A stretch of 64,000 nucleotides of DNA from an uncultured Methylophilaceae bacterium (GTDB lineage: Bacteria; Pseudomonadota; Gammaproteobacteria; Burkholderiales; Methylophilaceae): contig CAIWQV010000015.1 of NCBI GenBank assembly GCA_903914945.1, positions 10 through 64,009 on the forward strand. Reading direction: 5' to 3'. The notes under the pieces were generated by a model. That model did no database searches and had not been told where the DNA came from. It worked only from the letters and a program-made list of their open reading frames with translations. The translations under genes were made by a program, and so were the position numbers. Of this stretch, positions 1 to 9,540 are shown in pieces. Every line of letters begins with the position of its first letter. Position 1 is the stretch's first letter.

Positions 1-20
1 GAATAAAGCCTTAAAAGTAA

Positions 21-395
21 TTAAGGCTTTTGAATCTTATAAGTTTGAGAAGGGCTTCCTGACGGCTCGCCATTATTATTTTGAAATACAACGGTTTCTA
101 CAAATTCATCTAGGAAATCTAATTCTGTAGTCGGGTAATAGCTACCATCCTCGGCAGTATTAATATGATGGTATTGCCAAACGGAACCTACAATTGCCTC
201 GGAAGATTTCATCTTGATATCTTCTTTGTATGAAGGCTCACCCAATGCCTGGAGAATTTCATCTTTATTAAAGCGACTGATCACATCGATAAAAGCTTTT
301 TCGTCCACAGGAAGAGTGCTTTTATCAATAATGGGCTCTATGGCATAAGCACAAGGGGAAGATATCAAAAGAATAGCTAAAAAAAGTTTTTTCAT
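21..395 (-). CDS. Exported hypothetical protein with a weak SmpA/OmlA-like motif
   Basis: 124 aa ORF with Sec signal peptide MKKLFLAILLISSPCAYA and an ILQALGEP motif. Confidence 0.65.
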   Translation of the reverse strand: MKKLFLAILLISSPCAYAIEPIIDKSTLPVDEKAFIDVISRFNKDEILQALGEPSYKEDIKMKSSEAIVGSVWQYHHINTAEDGSYYPTTELDFLDEFVETVVFQNNNGEPSGSPSQTYKIQKP

Positions 396-445
396 ACGCG
401 CGTCCTAAACCAATTTGAAATAAGAAAGATCGATTAGTTCAAAAA

Positions 446-1279
446 TTATACAGTCTTTGCTGGAGTATCAATTTCAAGAAGCATTGAATAGAGTTTCCTG
501 CTATCAGCCCTTAAAATAGTAATCTTAAAGCCCTGAAAAGTAATTTTCTCATCTCTTTTTGGCAGATGCCCAAATGCATGAATAATTAGGCCGCCAATGG
601 TCGAAAATTCTTCGTTACTAAATTTAGACTTAAAATATTCATTAAAGTCTTCTATTTCTGTTGAAGCTTTAACGCGATAGCGACCATCTGTGTCTTGAAT
701 AATATTATCTTCAGTTTCATCAAAATCAAATTCGTCTTCAATCTCACCAACAATTTGTTCTAATACATCTTCAATTGTTACCATACCTGAAACGCCGCCA
801 TACTCATCCACAACAATAGCAATATGATTTCTGCTGCCCCTAAACTCTTTTAGTAAAACATTAAGCCTTTTAGACTCTGGAATAAACACAGCAGGCCGCA
901 ACATATCTCGAATTTCAAAATCATCGCCCGCATAGTATTTAAGAAGATCCTTAGCTAACAAAATACCAATAACATCATTTTTATCATCTTCAATGACAGG
1001 AAATCTAGAATGAGCTGTTTGAATAATAAATGGAATAAATTTTTCTGGTGGATGTGAAATATCAATCATATCCATCTGAGACCTTGGAATCATAATATCT
1101 CTGACCTGGATATCAGACACCTGCAAGACACCTTCAATCATTGAAAGCGAGTCAGCATCCATTAAATTCTTTTCATAAGAAGACTTGAGTAACTCAAAAA
1201 GCTGTTCACGATCCTCTGGTTCTCTGAGAAGAAAATGACTAAGTCGCTCGATCAGTTTAGATTTTTTTGATTCGCTCAT
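446..1279 (-). CDS. corC: Mg/Co transport-associated CBS-domain protein CorC (YbeX)
   Basis: VRDIMIPR, HSRFPV and VVDEYGG..G.VTIEDVLEQIVGEIEDE motifs; follows ybeY. Confidence 0.93.
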   Translation of the reverse strand: MSESKKSKLIERLSHFLLREPEDREQLFELLKSSYEKNLMDADSLSMIEGVLQVSDIQVRDIMIPRSQMDMIDISHPPEKFIPFIIQTAHSRFPVIEDDKNDVIGILLAKDLLKYYAGDDFEIRDMLRPAVFIPESKRLNVLLKEFRGSRNHIAIVVDEYGGVSGMVTIEDVLEQIVGEIEDEFDFDETEDNIIQDTDGRYRVKASTEIEDFNEYFKSKFSNEEFSTIGGLIIHAFGHLPKRDEKITFQGFKITILRADSRKLYSMLLEIDTPAKTV

Positions 1280-1731
1280 CGCGACTTGCTTTCCTCAATA
1301 AGGTAAGGGTTTTTGAAACCTAGACCGGATAAAATTTTAATTTCTTTAGCTTCCATCATATCAGCATCTTTTTTATTTTCGTGGTCATAGCCATACAAAT
1401 GTAGCGCTCCATGAATGATAAGGTGTGCGTAATGCGCTTCAATACTTTTTGCTTGCTCATGCGCTTCTTTTTCAATAATCGGAGCGCAAAGAACAATATC
1501 CCCAATGAGATGAGAGGTGTCATCAATCAGAAAAGAAAGGACGTTAGTTGAGTATTTTTTTTTGCGATACATAGTATTTAAGCTTTTTGACTCATCACTA
1601 TCTACAATTCTAATCGTTATTTCAGCATTTTTATCAATTACAGGTGCTAGCCAATTAAGACATTGTGTTTTCTTTAATATAGATTTTTTGTGCACCATGT
1701 CCTGAATTGAAATAATTGGTTTAGATTGCAT
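1276..1731 (-). CDS. ybeY: rRNA maturation endoribonuclease YbeY
   Basis: TNVLSF and HGALHLYGYDH zinc motif; miaB-ybeZ-ybeY synteny. Confidence 0.95.
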   Translation of the reverse strand: MQSKPIISIQDMVHKKSILKKTQCLNWLAPVIDKNAEITIRIVDSDESKSLNTMYRKKKYSTNVLSFLIDDTSHLIGDIVLCAPIIEKEAHEQAKSIEAHYAHLIIHGALHLYGYDHENKKDADMMEAKEIKILSGLGFKNPYLIEESKSR

Positions 1732-1740
1732 TAGATTAAA

Positions 1741-2691
1741 TTACTTACTTTCTTTTCTTTCAAAATTTTCATAAGCATTAATAATTTTCTGAACGAGGGG
1801 ATGTCTAACTACATCTTCAGATAAGAAATGCGTGAATGCAATTCCTTTTACTTTTGATAAGATTTTTTTTGCTTCAATTAAGCCACTTTTTTGACCTTTA
1901 GCCAAATCAATTTGAGTAATGTCACCAGTAATCACAGTTTTCGATCCAAAACCAATACGCGTTAAAAACATTTTCATTTGTTCAGGTGTTGTATTTTGAG
2001 CTTCGTCTAGAATAATAAAACTTTGATTAAGTGTTCGACCTCTCATGTAAGCTAAAGGTGCAATTTCAATCACACTTTTATCAATCATTTTATGCACATT
2101 GTCGTACCCAGCCAGGTCATAGAGTGCATCATAAAGTGGCCTTAAATAAGGATTAACTTTTTGTGCGAGATCCCCTGGAAGGAAGCCTAACCTTTCACCA
2201 GCTTCTACAGCAGGCCTTACTAAAACAATGCGTTTAATTTTATCTCGGTTAAATGCATCCACTGCACTTGCAACCGCTAGATAAGTTTTGCCTGTCCCTG
2301 CAGGACCAATACCAAAGGTAATATCAAAATCTTGAATGTTTTTTAAATATTCATTTTGCCGAGGCGTCCTTCCCCTCAGGTCAGCTCGTTTGGTTTTGAG
2401 TTCGTTATTTTCGATAGTTTTAATATCTGTATTCAATTTATTTATTTCAACAAGTCCTAATTGAATATGTTCAAGCTCAATAGGCTCATTTGCTTTTTTG
2501 TAAAAATTTTGAATGAGTATAGCTGCAGCCTTTATATTTTTTGAAGCGCCATTAACAGTAAAACTTGAGCCGCGCCTTAAAATATCTACTTCAAGAGCTG
2601 CTTCAATTTGCTTGAGATTTTGATCTAATGCACCACATAAATTAGCCAGCTGTTTGTTATTATCAGAAGGTAAATTAAATTCCATGCCCAT
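1741..2691 (-). CDS. ybeZ: PhoH-family ATPase (YbeZ)
   Basis: GPAGTGKTY, RPAVEAGERLGFLPG, RGRTL and DEAQN motifs. Confidence 0.93.
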   Translation of the reverse strand: MGMEFNLPSDNNKQLANLCGALDQNLKQIEAALEVDILRRGSSFTVNGASKNIKAAAILIQNFYKKANEPIELEHIQLGLVEINKLNTDIKTIENNELKTKRADLRGRTPRQNEYLKNIQDFDITFGIGPAGTGKTYLAVASAVDAFNRDKIKRIVLVRPAVEAGERLGFLPGDLAQKVNPYLRPLYDALYDLAGYDNVHKMIDKSVIEIAPLAYMRGRTLNQSFIILDEAQNTTPEQMKMFLTRIGFGSKTVITGDITQIDLAKGQKSGLIEAKKILSKVKGIAFTHFLSEDVVRHPLVQKIINAYENFERKESK

Positions 2692-2692
2692 A

Positions 2693-4015
2693 CTAAATGA
2701 TTTCCCCGCGAAGTCTTTTCGATGTAACTTCGGTAATTGTAACGTCTACAAATTGGTTGATAAGTGATTTGTCAGCCTGAATATCTACCACTCTGTTGTT
2801 ATCTGTCTTGCCAGCTAATTCAGTTGGGTTTTTCCATGACACGCCGTCAATCAAAATTCGTTGTTTAGATCCCAGCATAAGATGACTAATTGCTTTTCCT
2901 TGGGCATCATTCATTAATTGTAATTCATTCAATCTTTTTAGTTTTATTTCATGAGATATTTCATCGTGGATATATGATGCGGGAGTTCCAGGTCTTGGGC
3001 TGTATAAAAAGCTAAAGCTAAAATCGAATTGAATTTCATTCATGATTTTTTTAGTGAGATTAAAATCAGCATCTGTTTCGTTAGGAAATCCAATAATGAA
3101 ATCTGAGCTGATCGAAACTGAAGGACAATTTTTCCTTAATTTTTTTATAATATTTTTATATTCTAAGGCTGTGTAATTTCTTTTCATGGCTGCCAATATG
3201 CGGTCTGAGCCAGATTGGATGGGCAAATGAAGGTGCGCTGCAAGCTTTGGAAATTTTCCAAAACACTCTATAAGGCTATCAGTCATTTCATTAGGATGGC
3301 TCGTTGTAAATCTAATGCGCTGAATATCTTCAATATCTGAAATGTATTCGATAAGCAAAGCTAAGTCAGCAGGCTCCCCTTTATTGGTAAATGATCTATA
3401 AGCATTTACATTCTGTCCAAGCAATGTGATTTCTTTAACGCCAAGTGAACTGAGATGAATAATTTCAGTTAATACATCTTCAAATGGCCTTGAAATTTCC
3501 TCGCCCCGGGTATATGGAACGACGCAAAAAGAGCAATATTTACTGCATCCCTCAATGATTGAAACCATGGCCGAAGATCCTGAAACACTAGGAGGCGGCA
3601 AATGATCAAATTTTTCTATTTCAGGAAAAGAGATATCAACTTGAGGGATGCCAGCCAATTTTCTTTTATTCACTAAATCTGGCAATCGATGAAGGGTTTG
3701 TGGTCCAAAGATAAGATCTACAAAAGGCGCCCGCTTAAGAATATTTTCGCCTTCCTGACTTGCAACACAACCCCCAATTGCTATCAGAAGATTTGGATTA
3801 TTTTTCTTAAGAATTTCATATTCACCCAGATGACTATATATTTTTTCTTCAGCTTTTTCTCTCACAGAGCAAGTATTTAAAATAATCAAATCTGCTTCTT
3901 TTGGATCTTCAGTCTTGGACGAAGCATGTGCTTGATTTAAGACATCCTGCATTTTGGATGAGTCATACTCATTCATTTGACAGCCAAATGTTTTAATAAA
4001 AACTTTTTTAAGCAT
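2693..4015 (-). CDS. miaB: tRNA-i6A37 methylthiotransferase MiaB
   Basis: [21 protein letters not shown], radical [12 protein letters not shown]-terminal TRAM domain. Confidence 0.97.
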   Translation of the reverse strand: MLKKVFIKTFGCQMNEYDSSKMQDVLNQAHASSKTEDPKEADLIILNTCSVREKAEEKIYSHLGEYEILKKNNPNLLIAIGGCVASQEGENILKRAPFVDLIFGPQTLHRLPDLVNKRKLAGIPQVDISFPEIEKFDHLPPPSVSGSSAMVSIIEGCSKYCSFCVVPYTRGEEISRPFEDVLTEIIHLSSLGVKEITLLGQNVNAYRSFTNKGEPADLALLIEYISDIEDIQRIRFTTSHPNEMTDSLIECFGKFPKLAAHLHLPIQSGSDRILAAMKRNYTALEYKNIIKKLRKNCPSVSISSDFIIGFPNETDADFNLTKKIMNEIQFDFSFSFLYSPRPGTPASYIHDEISHEIKLKRLNELQLMNDAQGKAISHLMLGSKQRILIDGVSWKNPTELAGKTDNNRVVDIQADKSLINQFVDVTITEVTSKRLRGEII

Positions 4016-4146
4016 AAAGCTAAGAGGATAGGTAGTGCATAAAATTAAGATGCGTTAAGTATAGTTGCTTTAAGTATTTAATAATACAGGTAAATTATTG
4101 CATTTTAGATAAGAATTATCTTTCCATGACGATGTAAAATAATGCT

Positions 4147-5526
4147 ATGAAAAGCTTCCCCATTTTTATTAATTTAATTCGCAAACCAGTATTGGTTGTG
4201 GGGGGAGGGGATGTTGCTTTAAGAAAGATTGATATGCTTCTTAGAGCAGATGCAAGTATTACTGTAGTTGCTTCAAAAATATGTAAAGAGTTACAGCATT
4301 ATGAAAAGTCGAAAAAAATCAGAGTCAAAATCAAGACGTTTGATAAAAACGATGTAAAACAATCAGTTCTTATCGTTGCAGCAACTGATAATAAGAAGGT
4401 TAATACACTTGTATCTATGGTTGCTCAAAACCTCAATATTCCAGTTAACGTAGTTGATGAGCCTTCTCTTTGCACATTCACAATGGGCTCTATCATAGAT
4501 AGATCTCCTTTGTTAATTGCTATTTCAAGTGAAGGCAATGCTCCTGTATTAGCTAAATTTGTTCGGGAAAAAATTGAAGCTTTAATTCCCCATAGCTTTG
4601 GAAAGCTTGCGCTAGTGATGGGCTCTATGAGAGACGTAATTAAAGGCCGATATGAAACCACGCAATCAAGAAGAATTTTTTGGGAAAATTTTATTGATCA
4701 TCCTTTAGTAAGACAGTTTCTTAATCAAACTAAAAAATTAACTAGCCAGCAATTAATTGCATTGGTAAAAAACAATGACATGCAAAAGAAACAAGGTGAA
4801 GTTTTCTTAGTGGGAGGTGGCCCAGGAGACCCTGACTTATTGACATTTAGAGCTCTCCATTTGATGCAGCGTGCTGATGTATGTGTTTATGATAAATTAA
4901 TTAGCAAAGATGTTTTAAATCTTGTGAGGCGTGATGCGGAGCTTATTTATGTAGGCAAAGAAAGAGATCGGCATACGGTATCGCAAGAAAAAATTAATCA
5001 GTTGCTTGTGAAGTTGGCAAAAAAAGGTATGCGTGTTTTGCGCTTAAAAGGCGGTGACCCTTTTATCTTTGGAAGAGGGGGAGAAGAAATTGAAATGCTT
5101 ATGGAGAATAAGATTCCATTTCAAGTTGTTCCAGGCATTTCTGCTGCTAATGGTGTTGCAAGCTATGCAGGTATTCCCTTAACACATAGAGACTATGCTC
5201 AGTCATGTACCTTTGTGACGGGACATATGAAAGATGAGACTCTTAAGCTTGAATGGCAGTCTTTAGCTATGCCTAATCAAACCATTGTGATTTATATGGG
5301 GCTTTTAGCGCTTGCACAGATATGTGTTGAATTAATAAAACATGGCGCTCCAAAAGATTTGCCAATCGCCGTTGTCGAGCAAGGCACAACTTCTGATCAG
5401 AGAGTGATAACGGGGGCTCTTTCTAATATTGCTCAAAAGGTAAAAAGAGAAAAATTAAAATCACCTTCTCTTATAATTATTGGCAATGTAGTTAAACTTA
5501 GAAAAAAATTGAATTGGTTTAATTAA
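4147..5526 (+). CDS. cysG: Multifunctional siroheme synthase CysG
   Basis: N-terminal VVGGGDVA dehydrogenase/chelatase domain plus SUMT domain (GGGPGDPDLLT, RLKGGDPFIFGRGGEE). Confidence 0.96.
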   Translation: MKSFPIFINLIRKPVLVVGGGDVALRKIDMLLRADASITVVASKICKELQHYEKSKKIRVKIKTFDKNDVKQSVLIVAATDNKKVNTLVSMVAQNLNIPVNVVDEPSLCTFTMGSIIDRSPLLIAISSEGNAPVLAKFVREKIEALIPHSFGKLALVMGSMRDVIKGRYETTQSRRIFWENFIDHPLVRQFLNQTKKLTSQQLIALVKNNDMQKKQGEVFLVGGGPGDPDLLTFRALHLMQRADVCVYDKLISKDVLNLVRRDAELIYVGKERDRHTVSQEKINQLLVKLAKKGMRVLRLKGGDPFIFGRGGEEIEMLMENKIPFQVVPGISAANGVASYAGIPLTHRDYAQSCTFVTGHMKDETLKLEWQSLAMPNQTIVIYMGLLALAQICVELIKHGAPKDLPIAVVEQGTTSDQRVITGALSNIAQKVKREKLKSPSLIIIGNVVKLRKKLNWFN

Positions 5527-6839
5527 CTTTCACTCACCAAAGGAAGGGTGATCTTCACTTCCAAACCTTTTTTGGCGCGATTGGTGATTATGAGCTTTCC
5601 ATCGTGCGATTGTGTAATGCGTTCAGCAATTGCAAGACCCAAACCACAACCCTCACTGTTGCCCCTTGCTTCATCCATTCGTTCAAATGGTTTAAGTAAT
5701 CGCTTGATTTGATCGGGTGGTATACCAGGACCATCATCTAAAATACTGATCGTAATATTATCTTTATTCTTTTTAACTGTAATGAGCACTTCTCCATTTG
5801 AGTATGAGAAGGCATTGTTAATTAAATTATCAAATAATCTTCTAAATGAAATAGGCCTAATATCATAAAAAATAGGTATTTTATGATTACTGACCAACAC
5901 AATATTGTGATTAAGTATTTTGTGCTGTTCTTTTAGATGATTGAAGAAATCATTAAGATTAGTTGATATTTTTATTTCTTGATCGAAGCCGCGAACATAA
6001 TCCATAAATTGATTAAGAATACTGTCGATTTCGGTGACATCTTCTTCCATGCTTTTTTTAAGTTTAGCGGCTATTTTTTCAGGAAGCATTTCAATAGCTA
6101 TTCTAAGACGCGTTAGTGGCGTTCTCACATCATGCGAAATACCAGCAAGAAGAAGCTTTCTTTCTTGCTCTACTTTATTAAGCCCATCTGCCATTTCGTT
6201 AAATGTTTGACTCATAGTTTGAAATTCACTCACGCTATCTAAAGGAAGTTTTTTAGGAAGCTCCCCTTTCTTCAGTTGTTCAGTGGCTTGAATTAAAAGA
6301 TTAAGTGGACGATTAATTCTTGTGGCAGTTGCATAGGCGCCAATGATTGAAAGCCCTGCAACAATAATACCCCAACCAATCCAATGCCATGGGAATGGTC
6401 TATCGCCTGGTGTTGGAATCACCGCCCAAAATTCATCTTGATCAATTGAGAAGCTAACCCAAAGACCTGGGATACCATAGTGATTAGTAATCACGATAGT
6501 ATTTTCACCAAGCCTTTCTTTAAGTTTACCTACAACAACTTTTAAAAAAGGATCTGGTGATAAGGGTTCAATATCTTCAAAATAATAGGCGGGATAAATT
6601 CTAATATCACCCTTAGTCGACAACTCAGAGAGAAGTTCAAGCCTCTTATCTTCGCGCGAGGATATAAGGGATGCTCTAGTGAAATTAATAACTGTTTCAA
6701 TTTCTTGAGCAACTGCTTCAGCTCTGGGGCCTCTTTCAAAATAATCAAATATACGAATTGAAACAACTTGCGCAATAATGAGCACAGTTGCGATAAGAAT
6801 AAGAAATCTAGCGAGAAGTGTATTAGGAATAAATTTCAA
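5523..6839 (-). CDS. EnvZ/RisS-type sensor histidine kinase
   Basis: Two TM helices, HAMP domain, H-box SHDVRTPL, NLINNA, DDGPG and GCGLGL; TTG start overlaps the regulator stop. Confidence 0.9.
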   Translation of the reverse strand: MKFIPNTLLARFLILIATVLIIAQVVSIRIFDYFERGPRAEAVAQEIETVINFTRASLISSREDKRLELLSELSTKGDIRIYPAYYFEDIEPLSPDPFLKVVVGKLKERLGENTIVITNHYGIPGLWVSFSIDQDEFWAVIPTPGDRPFPWHWIGWGIIVAGLSIIGAYATATRINRPLNLLIQATEQLKKGELPKKLPLDSVSEFQTMSQTFNEMADGLNKVEQERKLLLAGISHDVRTPLTRLRIAIEMLPEKIAAKLKKSMEEDVTEIDSILNQFMDYVRGFDQEIKISTNLNDFFNHLKEQHKILNHNIVLVSNHKIPIFYDIRPISFRRLFDNLINNAFSYSNGEVLITVKKNKDNITISILDDGPGIPPDQIKRLLKPFERMDEARGNSEGCGLGLAIAERITQSHDGKLIITNRAKKGLEVKITLPLVSES

Positions 6840-7555
6840 TGCGCAGCATCACCATCTGGAACAAAAATATACCCAAACCCCCACATCGTTTGGAGAAATT
6901 TAGGACTCGTAGGATCTTCTTCCAGAATTTTTCTTAATCTTGAAATCTGAACATCAATACTTCTGTCAAAGACATCGAGTTCACGCCCTTTTGCTAACTG
7001 CATAATTTGATCGCGCGATAAGGGTTGGCGAGGGTGATCAATAAATACTTTTAACAATTCGAACTCACCAGAGGTAATGCTAATAGGAGCACCATTCTTT
7101 GTGAGACTTCTTGAATCTGAATTAAAGATAAAGGGGCCGAACGACAAGGTTTCAGGCATTGCGTTCTGAGATTGCTTTAATTCATTTCGCCTTAAAACAG
7201 CATTGATACGTGCTAAAAGTTCGCGAGGATTAAATGGCTTTGATACATAATCATCTGCGCCCATTTCCAGCCCTACAATGCGATCAATTTCATCCCCTTT
7301 CGCCGTGAGAATAATAATAGGGGTAAAGTTTCCCGCCCCCCTTAGTCTTTGACAAATAGCAAGGCCACTTTCTTCAGGCATCATAAGATCAAGAATGATG
7401 AGGTTCACAGGATGACTCGCTATAAAATCATCCATTTCTTTGCCACCATTAGCCGCGTGCACATTTAAACCCTGATCAATAAGATATTGAGTCGTAAGAT
7501 CCCTAATTTTTGGATCATCATCAACAATTAAAATAGATGCTGGATTGGTTGCCAT
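6836..7555 (-). CDS. ompR: OmpR/RisA-type DNA-binding response regulator
   Basis: ILIVDDD, LDLMMP, KPFNPRELLARI, DRSIDVQISRLR and QTMWGFGY motifs; ATG at 7555 preferred over GTG at 7573. Confidence 0.88.
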   Translation of the reverse strand: MATNPASILIVDDDPKIRDLTTQYLIDQGLNVHAANGGKEMDDFIASHPVNLIILDLMMPEESGLAICQRLRGAGNFTPIIILTAKGDEIDRIVGLEMGADDYVSKPFNPRELLARINAVLRRNELKQSQNAMPETLSFGPFIFNSDSRSLTKNGAPISITSGEFELLKVFIDHPRQPLSRDQIMQLAKGRELDVFDRSIDVQISRLRKILEEDPTSPKFLQTMWGFGYIFVPDGDAAH

Positions 7556-7628
7556 GGCTTTAGTCCGAGTCACTGGGTACCGGTTGAACTTAATATATCA
7601 GTTTACATCAAAGTAATAATGATCCATT

Positions 7629-7644
7629 GTTACAATTAGAAACA
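7629..7644. promoter_or_regulatory. Putative OmpR-type binding site
   Basis: GTTACA-ATTA-GAAACA resembles the E. coli OmpR site TTTACATTTTGAAACA; extra TTTACA half-sites at 7602 and 7671; lies in the divergent intergenic region next to the regulator. Confidence 0.55.
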
Positions 7645-7721
7645 ATTATGCATTTTTTTGTAATAAACTATTTACATTTAGGCTCGAATATAACCTTCCT
7701 TTCTAGATAAAAATCAATCAA

Positions 7722-8231
7722 TTGCATAATTTTTTAAGATATTTTTTGTTTTGCTTCGCTGGGTTCCTAGGCTTGTCTTTACAGGCTTTTGGCGGAGCAA
7801 ATAATCAATCAGCAAAGGCTGAGTCAGAAACTAATGTATCAGTTGCCAGCGAGCTTAATAAGCTGAAGGACAGCAGCTCATTGTCTCCAGAAGAACGCGC
7901 AAGAATTAGACGTGCGCTTTCGTTATACGCAAAATCATCAGGCAAGGAAAGCAGTCTCATTGAGGAAAAACAAAGAGAAATGTTAAAAGGCCTGGAGTCT
8001 AGATTCATTGCTTGCGATGAGGATAATGACAATACGCTCGATTTAGCAGAAACTACAAAATGTTTACCTCAGGTAGCTCGCCAATTTAATCGTCTTGACC
8101 TTGATGAAAATGAAGTCATATCGTTAGACGAACTCGCTTTCCTAGCAAAGGAATTTGAACAAAATCATTTGGACATTAACAAACGTAAAAATAATCAAGC
8201 CTCCTCAAATACCAAAACACCAATAAATTAA
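7722..8231 (+). CDS. Secreted EF-hand pair protein
   Basis: Signal peptide, LSPEERARIRR motif, 12-residue loops DEDNDNTLDLAE and DLDENEVISLDE; TTG start. Confidence 0.8.
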   Translation: MHNFLRYFLFCFAGFLGLSLQAFGGANNQSAKAESETNVSVASELNKLKDSSSLSPEERARIRRALSLYAKSSGKESSLIEEKQREMLKGLESRFIACDEDNDNTLDLAETTKCLPQVARQFNRLDLDENEVISLDELAFLAKEFEQNHLDINKRKNNQASSNTKTPIN

Positions 8232-8263
8232 TCTTTAGTGAATCCTCATTAAAATAGATCACT

Positions 8264-9394
8264 ATGGCACGCTTAGAATTTCAATCTAGCTTTAAAAATC
8301 TCAATCAAAATGAATGGAATGATCTTACAAAATCAAATCCTTTTTTAAGGCTTGAATTTTTCCAATCGCTTGAAGCGTCTAAGTCAATCGGCGAGGGCAC
8401 GGGATGGCATCCTTTTCCAGCAATTATCATTGATCAAGGTAAACTCGTTGGCGCTTCACCTATGTTTTTAAAAGAACACTCCTACGGAGAATATGTATTT
8501 GATTGGTCATGGGCAGAAGCCTACCAAAAGTATGGGGGAAATTACTACCCAAAAATCGCTTCATGTATACCATTTACCCCAGCTTCTGGACCTAGAATTT
8601 TTGGATTAGATCTATCGATTAAAAAAAATATAGTTGTACAAATAGAAGAGCTGGCTTATGAGAATAAAATGTCCTCAAGTCATATTTTATTTTGCAACGA
8701 GAGCGAGCAAGATATATTTGCAGATACAAGATGGATGCTAAGAGAAGGGGTTCAATTTAAATGGTTTAATAAAAATTATAATAATTTTGCAGAATTTTTA
8801 TCTCAACTCTCTCACGATAAGCGTAAAAAAATAAAACAAGAAAGAAAAAAGATTCAAGATTTAGGGCTTAAAATTAAAAAAATAAAAGGCCCGGAAATTA
8901 CAGAATCAGATTTAGATTTTTTTTATGCTTGTTACTCTAATACCTATCAAGATCATCATTCACACCCATATCTTACAAGACTTTTTTTTAGCCTTATTAA
9001 AGAAAGTATGCCTGAGAGCTTATTGTTGATATTGGCTTACGAAGGCGATCTTCCTATTGCAGCATCATTTTTTATTTACGATGATAAAAATTTATATGGA
9101 AGATATTGGGGCTCAAAAAATTTTTATCCTGGACTGCATTTTGAACTTTCTTACTATCAAGGTCAGGAATTTTGTATTGAAAATGGGATTGTTGCATTTG
9201 AGGGCGGGGCGCAAGGAGAGCATAAACTTGCAAGAGGTTTTGAGCCATTCAATACATTTTCATTTCATAGAATCTTTGATGAAAAATTTGAGCATGCAAT
9301 CAAAGATTTTTTAAGGAGAGAAAAGAATGGGATTGATCAATATACAAACGAACTCAATGAAAGAGCGCCATATAAAACTGAAATAAACATTTAA
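8264..9394 (+). CDS. FemAB-like GNAT protein (DUF482 family)
   Basis: HSYGEYVFDWSWA, PFTPASGPR, YGRYWG, LHFELSYYQ and GAQGEHKLARGF motifs. Confidence 0.9.
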   Translation: MARLEFQSSFKNLNQNEWNDLTKSNPFLRLEFFQSLEASKSIGEGTGWHPFPAIIIDQGKLVGASPMFLKEHSYGEYVFDWSWAEAYQKYGGNYYPKIASCIPFTPASGPRIFGLDLSIKKNIVVQIEELAYENKMSSSHILFCNESEQDIFADTRWMLREGVQFKWFNKNYNNFAEFLSQLSHDKRKKIKQERKKIQDLGLKIKKIKGPEITESDLDFFYACYSNTYQDHHSHPYLTRLFFSLIKESMPESLLLILAYEGDLPIAASFFIYDDKNLYGRYWGSKNFYPGLHFELSYYQGQEFCIENGIVAFEGGAQGEHKLARGFEPFNTFSFHRIFDEKFEHAIKDFLRREKNGIDQYTNELNERAPYKTEINI

Positions 9395-9398
9395 AAGA

Positions 9399-9475
9399 TG
9401 GTGGTGATGGAGGGTCACGATCCCTCGACCTCAGGATTATGAATCCTGCGCTCTAACCAGCTGAGCTACATCACC
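9399..9475 (-). tRNA. tRNA-Met (CAT), probably the elongator
   Basis: Cloverleaf with GGTGATG/CATCACC acceptor stem, anticodon arm CAGGA-TTCATAA-TCCTG and encoded CCA; atypical T-loop ATCGTGA. Confidence 0.93.
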
Positions 9476-9540
9476 CTTTTGTGAAACAAACGAAGCGTTG
9501 AATTATATTTTTTTAAGCACTTAAAGTCAAAGATTGATCA

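Noticed and set aside
4147-9475. Possible genomic island integrated at the tRNA-Met 3' end
   Set aside because: No integrase, no duplicated tRNA 3' end seen, housekeeping-like genes and similar composition
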